Source: a virus (Duplodnaviria; Caudoviricetes). From it: 64,000 nt of DNA. Positions 9,680 to 21,900 of this stretch are shown piece after piece. Within the stretch, counting starts at the first letter, position 1; the number at the start of each line of letters is the position of its first letter. Below the pieces are notes generated by a model. The model saw only the letters and a list, made by a program, of their open reading frames with translations. It did not search any database and had not been told where the DNA came from. Made by a program: the position numbers and the translations under genes. The DNA is taken from the IMG/VR virus record IMGVR_UViG_3300002098_000034, positions 3,186-67,185 of that record; one strand, 5' to 3'.

Positions 9680-9946
9680 TTATTTTACTGCTAATTTTAC
9701 TGAGGATAAATCTTCGTTTGTCCAATACGGCTTTGCTAACATCAAATTACAATGTTCAATATTTCTTTTAATTGCATCAGCAACTTCTTCTTCACTCATA
9801 CTCGTAGGTGCAGTTACACGATATTCATTGATTAAAGTGACGCTATCTAATAAAGCACTATAATGCTGAGCAATTTGCTCTGGTGTGGGTGTTTCTACAA
9901 GTAATTCTGGTACTTCTGCTTGAATTGGTTGAATTGAATCTGTCAT
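9680..9946 (-). CDS. Hypothetical, possible fibre assembly protein
   Basis: Small acidic ORF between two fibre genes; RNIEHCNLMLAKPYWTNEDL. Confidence 0.55.
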   Translation of the reverse strand: MTDSIQPIQAEVPELLVETPTPEQIAQHYSALLDSVTLINEYRVTAPTSMSEEEVADAIKRNIEHCNLMLAKPYWTNEDLSSVKLAVK

Positions 9947-9974
9947 TGATATCTCCTTAATAATAATAAGTTAT

Positions 9975-12900
9975 TTAGTATGACGGGTACCACTTGGTTG
10001 TAGTTGCGTCATAGAATAAAATTAATGCTTTACCGACTACAGCAGTAGTTGCTAGAGCAATGTTACCTGATGTTCCTGTAGACCACAATCCTGTAGGTAT
10101 CAAAGTAATTTGACCGCCAGCTGCTGATAATGGTGAAGGTGCTGTGATTGTATTTATTGTAGTTGTTCCAGATATAAAAGTAATTGCTGCAGTTGGAGCA
10201 ATCGTAGCAGAACTTGCAATTGTTGGCGCAGCTGCTGATGTTGCTATTGGAGCATTCTGAACAATAGAACCATATAAGTAAGTTGCTGTAGTAGAGCTAT
10301 TACCAATAACAGTAGTGTTGCTTCCTAGACCGACTGCTTGGTAGCCAATTACCATTTCGTTGGTGTTGTTGTTGGCAGAGCCTACAGTTTGATAGCCGAT
10401 GTAGGTGTTGTTAGAGCCTGTGGTGTTGGCGTTAGTTCCTGTTCCATATCCAGCTTGAAATCCGATTGCGGTAAGTCTAGAACCGCTAGTACTTGAATAA
10501 AGAGCAGCTTGACCTAAAACAGCGTTTTGACTTCCTACACATAAATATAATGCTTGATTTCCACAAGCTGTATTAAATTGAGAAGTGCTATTTGTATAAA
10601 GTGCTTGATAACCAAAAGCAGAATTATAAGTACTCGTAGTATTTGAGTATCCAGCTTGATAGCCTACAAATGTTGCTTGTGAGCCAACACTATTACTATA
10701 CCCAGCCTGATAGCCCACCGCCGTATTGCTTGTACCACTTTGTAATGTAGCTACTGGAACTGTAAATCCTGAGCCTGTACCACCAATAGATGCGGCAGGG
10801 GCTGTTAGAACTGTCGTAGTGTCTTTAAAGCCTACACCGTTAGAGGTTAGTGTGACTGAGGTTACTGCACCACCACTTACTACGATTGTTGCCGTTGGAT
10901 AAGTAATTGCAGATGAACCCGACGATAGCGTCATTACGACACCAGTATATGTTCCGTTAGTGTAGCCAGAGCCACCTGTGATTGAGCCAAGTGTTGCTAC
11001 ATTGGTGGTGTTGTTTTGGAGTGCTTGTGTGCCGATTGCGGTAAGGTTTGAAGCTGTGGTGTTGTTGACTAATGCGGAATAACCTATTGCAGTTAAATTA
11101 TCGCCAATTTGATTGTTATATAAAGCAATTCCACCTAAACCAGTATTATTATTACCTGTTGCTGTTGTTCCTACTCCATGCCCTACAAATACATTGTAGT
11201 TGGTTGTTGTTAATGTTTGACCTGCGCTATTCCCCAAGCATACATTTCTAACACCAGAAGTAACTCCTGATAATGCTAAATAGCCAATTCCTATATTATT
11301 TGTGCCTGTTGCAGTTGCATTTAATGCAGCAGCGCCTATGGCAATGTTAGTGATAACACTTCCACCACCTAGACCTACTTTTACTGTGTTAATAGAAGCA
11401 TCGGAGTTAGTTGTTACTACTCCTGAGAAGTAGGCGTTTTTGAATCTGTTTGTAGAGGCAACTCCTAAATCTATTGCGTTGTCCGTATTTGGATATATAG
11501 CCGTGTTACTTAAACTAAAGCGAGTTGTTCCGCTTGTTTGAAAACCTAAGTTTGCACCGTTAATATATAAGTTTCTTAATGAGCCTGTTCCCGCATTTTC
11601 AGATTGAATAACTGCGTTTGTTCCAGACCATCCAACGCTTAATCTCTCGTAATTTGATGCGTCTGTGTAAGTCCCGTAAAGTCTAAAAGTCTGAGTATTA
11701 GTGCCGTTTCTTTGAGCTAGTATATTAGCTGCGTCACGGGCTAAAACTAAATCACCAGACCCAAACTGAATTGTTCCAGATGAGTTTAAAAGACCTAGAT
11801 TTCCATCAGCCCAAAATGTTCCATTACCCCAATAACCTTGCCTAGAACCATTAGCTGTAATTGCTACTTGAATACCATTTTGCAAGAAAAAACCATAATT
11901 TGACACACCTACAGAAAGACTTGGTAGTGTTACGCTTCCATTACTAGCCAACACCTGCCCAACAGGTACATAGACATTGTTTGATGTTACGATTGCACCA
12001 TTTGATGCAACACTTAGTAATGCTACATTACCAACACCACCATTATATAATGTTAATCCATCAGCTGGACCAACCGAGATTCTACCATTACCTGGCATGT
12101 AATCAGTTACAATACCATCGATGTAAGGTCCTGTGTAATTGTTACCCGAATAGAATCCGTTATTAACAACAATCGCACCATTTGTAAACACATTACCAGA
12201 AATACCTACACCACCAGAAACGACTAGAGCACCAGAGCTTGTCGATATACTTGTATTGGTTGATTTGATAGCAACAACACCATTAGCACCAACACGCATT
12301 ACTTCATTTGGTGAGTTTTGTCCATTAGTAGCAAGAACAATATCATTCTGAGTCATTGTTGCTAAAATTAACTGTCCGCCACCAGTCGATGTATTTCCAT
12401 AAACATACAAGTAACCATCATTTGGACCAGTTAATGCAAATCCATTGGGTTGATTATAATGACTTGAGTTGATACCCATATCAATAAAGGTATCATTTGT
12501 TGAACCATTATCCGATGTAACAACAAAATCACCTGATGCATTATTTCCAGAATTAATATTCTGGTGATTAACTTGTGCATATCCATTATAATTTGTTGAA
12601 ACTTGAAATGCTGTCTGTGGTTCAATTGTATAACCAGTAGGAACACCAGCATATAATGCACCAAATCCAGTTAATGTATTACCAAAGAATTGTCCGGTGT
12701 TACCTGAAATAGTAGTATTGATTACATTACCAACAAACGAAATATTACCTACAACATTTAGATTACCATTAATAGTTGTATTACCGGTAACTGTACCACC
12801 AGAAGTAACAAAAGTATAACCTGTATTAGCAGTATTGTATGCACCTTGAATGGATGTATTTTGAGTTACATCAACACCTTGAGTATAGATTGTATTGGCT

Positions 12901-13808
12901 ATAACTGAAGCAATATTGGAGTTCTGTGTAGCATTAACAGCCTGCAGAATAGCAATATTAGTATTTTGAGTTACATCAACACCTTGAGTAACAATGGTAT
13001 TAGCATTTGCAGTTGCTAAAGCACCGGTTAAGAATACTGTATTGGCTCCAGCAGAATTGGCTAAAGCAAAAGCCGCTTGAGAATAAACCGAATTGGAACT
13101 AATCCAAGTATTCTGTGTATTTTCAATCCCTTGGAAATAAGATACATTACTTGCTAAATTATTAGTAACGGAAGTAATATTGGTGTTCTGAGTTACATCT
13201 ACACCTTGAGTATATACCGTATTAGCATTAGCAGTGTTAAGACCGGTTTGAAGTAAAGTAATATTAGCATTTTGTGCTGAATCTACTCCTTGTATTGTGG
13301 TGATACTAGTATTTTGAGTAATATCAATAGCAAATAAGGAAAGAATATTAGCATTTGCTGAAGCCATAGCTCCTTGTAATAAGCTAATATTGGTATTCTG
13401 TGTAACATCAACACCTTGAGTATAGATGGTATTGGATGTAGCTGAGTTTGCTACATTAAATGATGCTTGAATACTGGTGTTTTGAGTTGTATCAACACCT
13501 TGAGTTACTACAGTATTTGCTTGAGCTGAATTAGCAGTATTATAAGCAGCTTGTGTGAATACTTGACTGGATTCGGTATTGGCTAAATTATAAGCAGCTT
13601 GTGCTAATGAGGTACCAGCATTGGCTTGATTATATCCTGCTTGTGCAAGAATTCTGACCGAAGGATCAGTAATTATTTTTACACCAGTATTAGAACCAAT
13701 GAATAGTGTATTTGATACGAATGAATATGCTAATTGACCATCAAGTAAGTGTGTAGGTGATGTATTTGCATATGATCGTAATATATGAATATTGGCAGTA
13801 TTGGCCAT
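9975..13808 (-). CDS. Long tail fibre protein (1277 aa)
   Basis: N-terminal LxDGQLAYS motif, ~9 QGVDxTQNTxI repeats, C-terminal NTAxG repeats shared with 6747-9665. Confidence 0.8.
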   Translation of the reverse strand: MANTANIHILRSYANTSPTHLLDGQLAYSFVSNTLFIGSNTGVKIITDPSVRILAQAGYNQANAGTSLAQAAYNLANTESSQVFTQAAYNTANSAQANTVVTQGVDTTQNTSIQASFNVANSATSNTIYTQGVDVTQNTNISLLQGAMASANANILSLFAIDITQNTSITTIQGVDSAQNANITLLQTGLNTANANTVYTQGVDVTQNTNITSVTNNLASNVSYFQGIENTQNTWISSNSVYSQAAFALANSAGANTVFLTGALATANANTIVTQGVDVTQNTNIAILQAVNATQNSNIASVIANTIYTQGVDVTQNTSIQGAYNTANTGYTFVTSGGTVTGNTTINGNLNVVGNISFVGNVINTTISGNTGQFFGNTLTGFGALYAGVPTGYTIEPQTAFQVSTNYNGYAQVNHQNINSGNNASGDFVVTSDNGSTNDTFIDMGINSSHYNQPNGFALTGPNDGYLYVYGNTSTGGGQLILATMTQNDIVLATNGQNSPNEVMRVGANGVVAIKSTNTSISTSSGALVVSGGVGISGNVFTNGAIVVNNGFYSGNNYTGPYIDGIVTDYMPGNGRISVGPADGLTLYNGGVGNVALLSVASNGAIVTSNNVYVPVGQVLASNGSVTLPSLSVGVSNYGFFLQNGIQVAITANGSRQGYWGNGTFWADGNLGLLNSSGTIQFGSGDLVLARDAANILAQRNGTNTQTFRLYGTYTDASNYERLSVGWSGTNAVIQSENAGTGSLRNLYINGANLGFQTSGTTRFSLSNTAIYPNTDNAIDLGVASTNRFKNAYFSGVVTTNSDASINTVKVGLGGGSVITNIAIGAAALNATATGTNNIGIGYLALSGVTSGVRNVCLGNSAGQTLTTTNYNVFVGHGVGTTATGNNNTGLGGIALYNNQIGDNLTAIGYSALVNNTTASNLTAIGTQALQNNTTNVATLGSITGGSGYTNGTYTGVVMTLSSGSSAITYPTATIVVSGGAVTSVTLTSNGVGFKDTTTVLTAPAASIGGTGSGFTVPVATLQSGTSNTAVGYQAGYSNSVGSQATFVGYQAGYSNTTSTYNSAFGYQALYTNSTSQFNTACGNQALYLCVGSQNAVLGQAALYSSTSGSRLTAIGFQAGYGTGTNANTTGSNNTYIGYQTVGSANNNTNEMVIGYQAVGLGSNTTVIGNSSTTATYLYGSIVQNAPIATSAAAPTIASSATIAPTAAITFISGTTTINTITAPSPLSAAGGQITLIPTGLWSTGTSGNIALATTAVVGKALILFYDATTTKWYPSY

Positions 13809-14032
13809 TAAAAGAATCCGTTATCTATGCTAATGTTAATATCGCCTATAGGTTCAACTATGAAACTATTTGAAGCGGATTTATATACGATCACATCACC
13901 ATCAACAGCACCCAACATATTTATATCAGTCGCTTTTGATATTACCGTTTGGCCACCATATTGAATTACTGCGGCTCTAGGGTTGGTAGATCCTACTTGA
14001 ACATTGACTGTTCCTATTACTTGTCCTGTCAT
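13808..14032 (-). CDS. Hypothetical virion-associated protein
   Basis: ORF in late cluster; DGDVIVYKSASNSF and DNGFF end resemble fibre-associated proteins. Confidence 0.6.
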   Translation of the reverse strand: MTGQVIGTVNVQVGSTNPRAAVIQYGGQTVISKATDINMLGAVDGDVIVYKSASNSFIVEPIGDINISIDNGFF

Positions 14033-14035
14033 TTT

Positions 14036-14371
14036 TTACCTCGAAACCGAAGGAGAAACATCAACGGTGCCTTCCAAAACTCTGGTCACATTATTATTTT
14101 GGTCAATAATAATAGCATCATAAACATAACGACCTGGAGAAAGATTGGCTGTTGTTGGTGCATCTAAAGATATTGTGATTATTCCTTGTGTTGGATTAAT
14201 CGATGTTACGAATAGTGCTGATGCGTTCGCAGAATAATAAGATTTACGCATCTGACTGGATGCTGTATAACCTGCTAGATTATAGGCATTTAGGTAGATA
14301 TCATCAAGTGTTATTGTGGTAGACCAAGTGGTTCCTTGTTCTATGTAGATGTTCTGGTACCCAGCGGCCAT
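14036..14371 (-). CDS. Conserved virion structural protein (cyanophage-type)
   Basis: NIYIEQGTTW...YNLAGYTASSQMRKSYYS, GRYVYD, TRVLEGTVDVSP motifs; CATAAATA at 14401-14408. Confidence 0.7.
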   Translation of the reverse strand: MAAGYQNIYIEQGTTWSTTITLDDIYLNAYNLAGYTASSQMRKSYYSANASALFVTSINPTQGIITISLDAPTTANLSPGRYVYDAIIIDQNNNVTRVLEGTVDVSPSVSR

Positions 14372-14420
14372 TTTGAATCCTTATTGTTATTCTTATTGGA
14401 TATTTATGTCCACGACCACC

Positions 14421-15776
14421 TTACTTTTTCTTTAATTCTTCTATTTCTCTAGAAAGTTCTTTAATTGCTTCAATCAGCAACGGAACTAATCTTTCATAAT
14501 GAACTGTTAAATATTGATTATCAATAGGTGCTGGAGCCACAATCTCTGGTAATATTGCTTGAACTTCTTGAGCTGACACACCAACCTCACGAACTGGTTT
14601 GTAACCTAGGTCTTGAGCAGTTTGGTTGGCTTCATAGTAGAAACCACTTAAAGCATTAACTTTAGCTAAAGCATTTTCAATATTACCTAGTTTGTTCTTT
14701 AATCGTTCATCAGAGTAGTAAGCCGTGATGTTACCCGTTGATGTGATTGATCCAGCAAATGCTGATGTGGTTGCATTTACATTAAATGCGGTTAAATTTA
14801 CACCAGTAGCTCCAGCAGAAGCCAAACCTCTAATATTATATGAATAATTTCCACCATTGTTACCACTAACATCACTAATATTAGTGAACATGTTTGTGGT
14901 TGCACTTTGCCAAGAAATTTCATTTGTACCTATATTGACTCCTCTAACAACACCAGCACCATATAATGATGTTGTTCCTGAAGTAGTTAATCCAGAAAAA
15001 CTTGGACTTGCAGTTGTTCTTAAATCCTGTGGTGTGGAAATTGTTAGAGTGTTGCTAGATCCCGTAACAGTTACCCCATTAGCACTTGCATAGGTAATTA
15101 CACCATTATTCGATATTGCTTGGCCGGTAGTTCCGTTGAATGTTCCGGATCCTGTATTTGCTTTGTTAAATGCAGCTTGTATACTAGTATTCTGTGCAGC
15201 ATCAACTCCTTGAATAATAGTAATTGCAGATAATGATGAAGTTGCTGCTGAATAAGCAGTATTAACCGCTGTAGCTGAAGCTGCAAAGGCAGAACTTACA
15301 GTTGAAACGGAATCTGTTAAATTATTTGATGTTAAAACTTTATAATAATTGGCACTAGTAATATCATACATATCCCAATATTTGTTTGTTTCATTCCAAC
15401 GAATTGAAGCGTTTGCACCAGAACTGCCACGGTTTACATTAATATAAGATAATTGAGCAGAAGGAGCAGCCGCAGATAATGTTAACGTATTTTGTGAATA
15501 AACTACGGATCCGTTTAAGGCTGTATTTCCACCAACAGTTAAATCATATTGAATAGTTGCAGAAGAACCGCCACCAATTACTGAAAGTTTTGAATTGTAA
15601 ATATTAACTGGACCATTAGCTCGTAAGGCTTCAGCACCATTTAAAATTAGTGTTCCAGAATCTTTTGTGTATGTGCCTTTTCCTAATGAATTCAACTCAA
15701 TAGTTGTTAAATTGGTTACATTAACCCAATCGGAGAAGGTGTTAGCGTAATTTAACGAATTGACTGTATTTGCCAT
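14421..15776 (-). CDS. Fibre protein with C-terminal intramolecular chaperone (peptidase S74-type)
   Basis: C-terminus SDERLK..I.NAL.KV..LSG..Y...VGVSAQEVQAILPEIV...V.YERLVPLLIEAIKEL. Confidence 0.85.
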   Translation of the reverse strand: MANTVNSLNYANTFSDWVNVTNLTTIELNSLGKGTYTKDSGTLILNGAEALRANGPVNIYNSKLSVIGGGSSATIQYDLTVGGNTALNGSVVYSQNTLTLSAAAPSAQLSYINVNRGSSGANASIRWNETNKYWDMYDITSANYYKVLTSNNLTDSVSTVSSAFAASATAVNTAYSAATSSLSAITIIQGVDAAQNTSIQAAFNKANTGSGTFNGTTGQAISNNGVITYASANGVTVTGSSNTLTISTPQDLRTTASPSFSGLTTSGTTSLYGAGVVRGVNIGTNEISWQSATTNMFTNISDVSGNNGGNYSYNIRGLASAGATGVNLTAFNVNATTSAFAGSITSTGNITAYYSDERLKNKLGNIENALAKVNALSGFYYEANQTAQDLGYKPVREVGVSAQEVQAILPEIVAPAPIDNQYLTVHYERLVPLLIEAIKELSREIEELKKK

Positions 15777-15778
15777 TT

Positions 15779-15997
15779 TTAATTTTTATCCATTAGTTTT
15801 AACAGCAAGTTTTTAATTTCTTGTGTATCATCTTTTAAAGTTTTTAATTCTTCTTTCATTGTATTTATTTCTTCTGCCCGGTGCTGTAGAAGATTTCTTT
15901 TACGATAATATTCTTGAAGTCCATTACGATCCTTATTTACAATCGCCATGGACTCCGTATCACGAAAAAGAGTAGTTCCTGGTATTTGTACTAACAT
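15779..15997 (-). CDS. Conserved small coiled-coil protein
   Basis: LFRDTESMAIVN...EINTMKEELKTLKDD..EIKNLL, commonly follows the giant structural gene in T4-like phages. Confidence 0.65.
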   Translation of the reverse strand: MLVQIPGTTLFRDTESMAIVNKDRNGLQEYYRKRNLLQHRAEEINTMKEELKTLKDDTQEIKNLLLKLMDKN

Positions 15998-15999
15998 AA

Positions 16000-18900
16000 T
16001 TAGTATGGATTACCTGAAGTTGATGGAAGGGCAATTGTTCTCATATCTGTTAAGAATGGAACAGCAGTCTTGTCCGTTGTTGTTAATACAATCTTTAATG
16101 CAAATTGACTAAATGATGTATATACTTGACCATTTGTACTTGTGTATGAAACAAATCCTTGATCAATACCTGAAGTATATGGACCCGGAGCAAATGAATA
16201 TTCCAATAAATCTGTTCTGTATTGTGAATATACTGCACCAGAAGAATTTGTCTTGGTCATTAACTGCCATTGTCCATCATTAAAGTTTTGTGTATCATTA
16301 CGACTTAGTATCTTATAATACACATTAATATCTGTATTAATTGGCCTATATGCCGTTATGTACACATTCAAGTCACCAGAATCGTTACCAGCAGCAAGAA
16401 CAACTTTCTTAGTTACATATTTTGCAATTGCTGGTCCACCTGATTTAGATGTTTCGCCTGTAACAGTTACATTAGCATTTATTCCAGCTGGATCAGCAAT
16501 AGTAATTGTTGGTGTTGTTAAGTAACCAGAACCGCCATTTACAAAGTAAACAGAAGTTACTTTACCAGAAACAACGTTAGCGTAAGCAATTGCCGTTGTA
16601 CCATTTCCTGTAGGAGCAGACACCGTTACATTACTTGTACCACTATTTGTGATTGTTCCTGAACCACTTGATAAGTAACCTGAACCAGTATTTGCAACAG
16701 TAATTAAACTATTTGATATCTGGCAGTTATTAATATTCCAGTTAATTGCATATGCAGTTAAACCAGCATCAGAAATAATTGGACTTACCGATGGATCAGT
16801 AGAGGAAATTGTTGCATACAAAGATAGTGAACTATTTGTATTTGCTAAAAGAACTCTTTCTCCATTACCATCATTCAAATAAACTGAATCGGATGATGAT
16901 GTTCCGTATTTACCAGGATTGATACTGGTTGTAGCCGTTGTAGTACCGCCAGGTAATGTAGCAGAATAACTGTAATTAATTTGTGTTGTTGTTGGTGTAA
17001 AATCGGTTGTAGTAAAATTAAACGCATCAACTAACACATCGTTATTTGCAAATGAATCTATTGTATTAGATAAGGTATTTGCGTTATTAAAGTATGTGAT
17101 AGATTGGTTAATCAATGTTCTTTGTGGTAACTTTTTAGGTAACACAAATTGAAGTGTTGGTGTTGCGGTGGTATTAAACACACATTGATCCATTACGAAC
17201 ATTAAATCTTGATTTTGATCAGCGGTCCATGTTTGTGAATTTTGTGATAAGAATAAAGCGCCAACATAAGGAGCCGAACCAATCTTAGTATTTGGAAAGT
17301 TTATAGCAACATCACCATTAGAAGCGGACCACATTGTATATTCATTACTGCTTGAATGTAATATGAAAGCGTACATTACACCTGGTTGAATATAAACTGG
17401 AGCTTCAAAATTAAATACTGTTTGTGAATTGCCATCACCAACTTGTGGATTAATTGTATTAACTACAATTTGACTTGCTGGTAAAGATACTAATGAATGA
17501 TCTAGTGTTTGACCATTTGGATAACCATTTTGTGTACCAACAATAGACAATGTAATTGGTGAATTATCATTTGCTGGTTTTGTAGCAAAGAAAATACTAA
17601 TGGAGTTTAAGAAAATACCATTTGGATAATTATTCTTATCAATAATGAATGTCTGTGCAACAGGATCCCATGGAGAATATGTTGTAACAATATTATTTGT
17701 GCTTTGTTGATTGGTTTGAGTAAATGTATTTTTAGCGCCAGCAGGTGAAGCACCAAAGTCAATACTTTGACTTGTTACAGATAATCCTTCAGCATAGTAA
17801 GTACCTTCTGCATAAGTTGTTGCGGTATTTTGATTACCAGCAATACTATTATCTAAACGCAATACTCTTTGACCTGTATGAAATTGGTTTGCCGGTAAAT
17901 TAAATATTCCAGCAAAGGCACCATTCTCATTAGATTTCATTGTTCCAATTGAATACGCATCACCATTAGCCGTTGTTATTGAACTAGCCAAGTAAGCAAC
18001 TTGATTAGCGGCCGAGTAGGAAGAAATCATTGCAGATTGTCCAGCGCCTGTTCCAGCTACAATATACAATGTATTTCCAGCATATACATTTGATGTGGAT
18101 GATGCCATTGGAGATAATTTAATCTGTGTTGTAGAGATTGCAGTATTTACTGAACCTGCTCTATGATATACAATGTTAATTGTTCCACTTGCAGTTGATA
18201 CTGGATTTAAACCATTTATATCAAAATAAGCATTTTGTAAAGTATTCGATGGAGCATAATTTGTTGTACCTTGATCCGCTGCAACATACAATCTTACATT
18301 GGATGTATTTGTATAATTATATACAGAAATAACTCTACCTGTTGGGTAGAATTGGCCACCAGAAGTATAACCAATAACATCATCATTGTTAAATGTTCCA
18401 GTAACGCTAGTTAATTCAATTACGTTACCTCTTCTAATATAATTGTTAACTGGTGTGTTATCAAAGTAAGCATTTAATGTGCTATAGAATAATAAACTTT
18501 GTGCTCTTACAACAACCTGTTGTGATCTAATAAATGGCAATACAGAAATATCAGTAATATAACCATTATTCAATGAATAAGTATTACCAATCTTATCATA
18601 CGCACCAATAATATTAGATTGTACTTGATTGGTTGTTGTAACAGTTGTTGTTGAATTATAACCAACATTACCAAATGGACTTGGATTAATTCCGTGTCCA
18701 ATTGTATTTCCATTATTTGTTGAAACGGATGTTCCTGAAACGGTTTGCCAATCACCAGCCGATAACACATTTAATGCAGCTGAGTTTGCTTGAAATACTT
18801 GTAAATTAGGATCAGTAATTAATAATGATGGTGCATATTTTGTATCAACCCAATTATCAACGTTTGGTGATAGAGTCATCAATCCTTGTTGAATAGCATA

Positions 18901-21900
18901 CGAGAATGGATTAACATTAACTGTTCTAGAAGCAATCTTTTGTGATACTACATTGGCAGTTGTAAATGGTAATGAGAAATAATTTACATAACCAGTTGGA
19001 TTTACAGCATAACCTAATGCAGTTTCAGATGCTTGACTTAACAATCCCATATTACTAACTTGAGCCAATGATTTGAATGGGAAGTTATTAACCGTTTGTG
19101 TAGCAGTTAATTGACGAGTTCTACGATTAATTGTTGCAGCATAATCTCCATTTGAAGTATCTGCTGTAGCATAGCTTGAGAAATCATCAACCAAAATACC
19201 ATTCTTGAAACGATTTAGTCCTAATGGATCTGAAATTTGCAATGATTGTGCATTTTGTTCCAATAGACTTAATGATGTATAGTATTCAACATTATTGATT
19301 CTTGTTTCGAGGCCAGCAATATCTTCCATTGTATAACGTTTGTGTTTTACTTTTTGGATTGATAAGTTTGAAACAAATCCATTTGGTGCTTCAGTTGGAA
19401 TATAACCGGTGTAAGGGTCATGAGTTAATTTCGCAATCACCAAAGAACCATCTGGCTCACTTGGGTATATTGGATTAATTGATGGCGCACCTTGAATAAT
19501 ATTGAAACTCTTATCTTTACTTAATACAAGTTTATCGTTTCTACCAAGATAGTAGTTATAACTTCCTGAGAATATTGCAAGATCATTTGGAAGTAAAATA
19601 CCACCAGTACCCGAACTATAGTAAGGCCATGATCCACCCGGAGCATTAGTGTAACCTAAAATAAATGCTGGAACACTAGTTGAATAACTACCAGTCAAAG
19701 AAGATGCTGGTGCTCTAGATGGTCTAAAGTCTAAACAATCTCTTAATGAATAGGCTGTACCTGAAGTACTTACATATTTTGGAATTTGTATATACGACTC
19801 ACCGGAAGCTAGGTAAGATTGAATACTGAAATAACCATCACCGCCAGTTTGTAAATAGTAATTCAATAATACAAGAATGTTACCAACTGGTTGTGTAGCA
19901 CCCGGTTTTAATGTAATACTTGCATAATCATAATATCCATCCCTTTGGCCATTATCTAGTATGTAATTATTTGTTACATCAACATATGAAAATAAATTGG
20001 CAACAGTTGGAGCAACACCGGAAGAACCAGTATCTACAATCTTAACAATATTCTTAACATCAACTAAATATAAACTTTGTTTATTTCCTGGAGATACTAA
20101 ACCAGCATTTTGGATATAAACTTGACCGTATTTTAATGATGATGTGTCAACCCAAGTATAATTATTAATTTGAGCACCAGCAGTGTTTAATACACTAGTA
20201 TTACTTGCTGTAATCAATTGTTTTGTTTTTAATATTGTTCCATTATCTGCTGTAGATACATAAACGTTTTCCACAACACTCAATTGTATACTATTAAATG
20301 CTGATTGATCAGGTAAAGTAATGGTTGCTTTTTGGCCAGTCGAATCTATGGCAATGGATCTTGTTCCAAATGTTAATGGAAGAACATCACCAACATTTAT
20401 TGTGCTGGAGTTTCCTTTACTTGTAACAACAATAGTAAAGTTTTGTCTAGCAACAACAGAAGATAATGTTGAACTTGCAGCGCCTAAATGTTTAACAATT
20501 CCACCATTAAATACGGTGGCGGTTAAATCTAATGTTGTAACACCAGCAGCTACCGATACACCTCTCCAAAGAATTTCTGAAGTATATTGTGTGCTTGTTA
20601 AATTGGCAACATAAGGATTGTTTAATGCAAATATTAATTCTGGTGCAGAAGGATTTTGTATTTGTGTAATACCTGTAGCAATACCACCGGATCTACTAGA
20701 ATTATCGATGTTGGCAAGGCCATATGTTGTTGCTGGATATGAACTCTTATTAGCAAGTACCAGTGAATTAATATTACCAGTATTGAAATTTATTGTAAAT
20801 TGTGAGGTTGTATCTGGTGATATTGTCCATGCTTGTGATACTGTTGCAACTTTAGATGCTCCGTTATAAGCTGTAATTGTTCTAATATCTCCAGCATCAG
20901 TACCCGAATTGATCGTGATAGTTGCATTAACATAAGCATTGTTTGCAACCGAGAATGTACTTGGTAAAGTTACTGAAGTTGATGAAGGAGTAGTTACAAC
21001 ATTACCAGTCAAAGTAGCATTTTGTAAATTGGTAACATATGTCCTATAAACATATGAGTTTGCTGTTGCATCTGCTGTATTTGATGTGTGGTCAAATACC
21101 AAACCACGAATATAACCCGTAGCTGCTACAGTAGAACTATAGGCACTAGCAGAAGCAGTATTAATACTACCATAAGGAACTGAATGTAAATCAATTGATT
21201 CGTATGTTGTTGTATCAAAGAATATAGCATTATTTCCACGAACATTGGTTGTATAAAAGAAATTACCATAACTTAAATATACTGGACTATTCAAAGAACT
21301 TGCAGTGGTTCTGGCTCTTGGGGAAACTAAATCAACACTTGCTTGGTTTTCAATACGATAACCATGAACATATGCAACACCTTTACCAATACTCATAGTG
21401 TATGTGTTGGCTAAAGGATCATTTGCTGTTGTTTTTGGAGTTAATTTAAAATCATTAACTACATAGTCACCATTTGTTTCATAATCACGCTTTGCAAAAT
21501 AATCATCAATTACATTATAAACAGAACCATCAACTAATTTCTGTACGGAACCATTGTTAATTGTTAATAGTGGAATAAAAGTTGAATCATCGCCAAAGGT
21601 GACTGGTTTTGTTACAAGGTTTAAAGTAATTTGATATCGATCTGCACCTGGGGCTTGATAATTGGAAGCAGAAATTGCAGGATCTAATAAAGACGGATCT
21701 GATCCAGAAGATACTATACTTTCGGAAATATTCAAACCAACACGCATTGTTGGTGTATTATCATATTTGTCTAAAACAACAATTTGTGGATTAACTTGTA
21801 CAAAGTTTCCAGTAGTTACTGTTACGCCTGAAGAATTTTGATAACTTCCAGTAATATAGAAAACGCCTTGAGCAATGGAAGCAACAGAACTTGAACCTGT

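Noticed and set aside
6747-13808. Diversity-generating retroelement (template/variable repeats in fibre genes)
   Set aside because: No reverse transcriptase in the window; both copies are coding and differences are mostly synonymous, not adenine-restricted.
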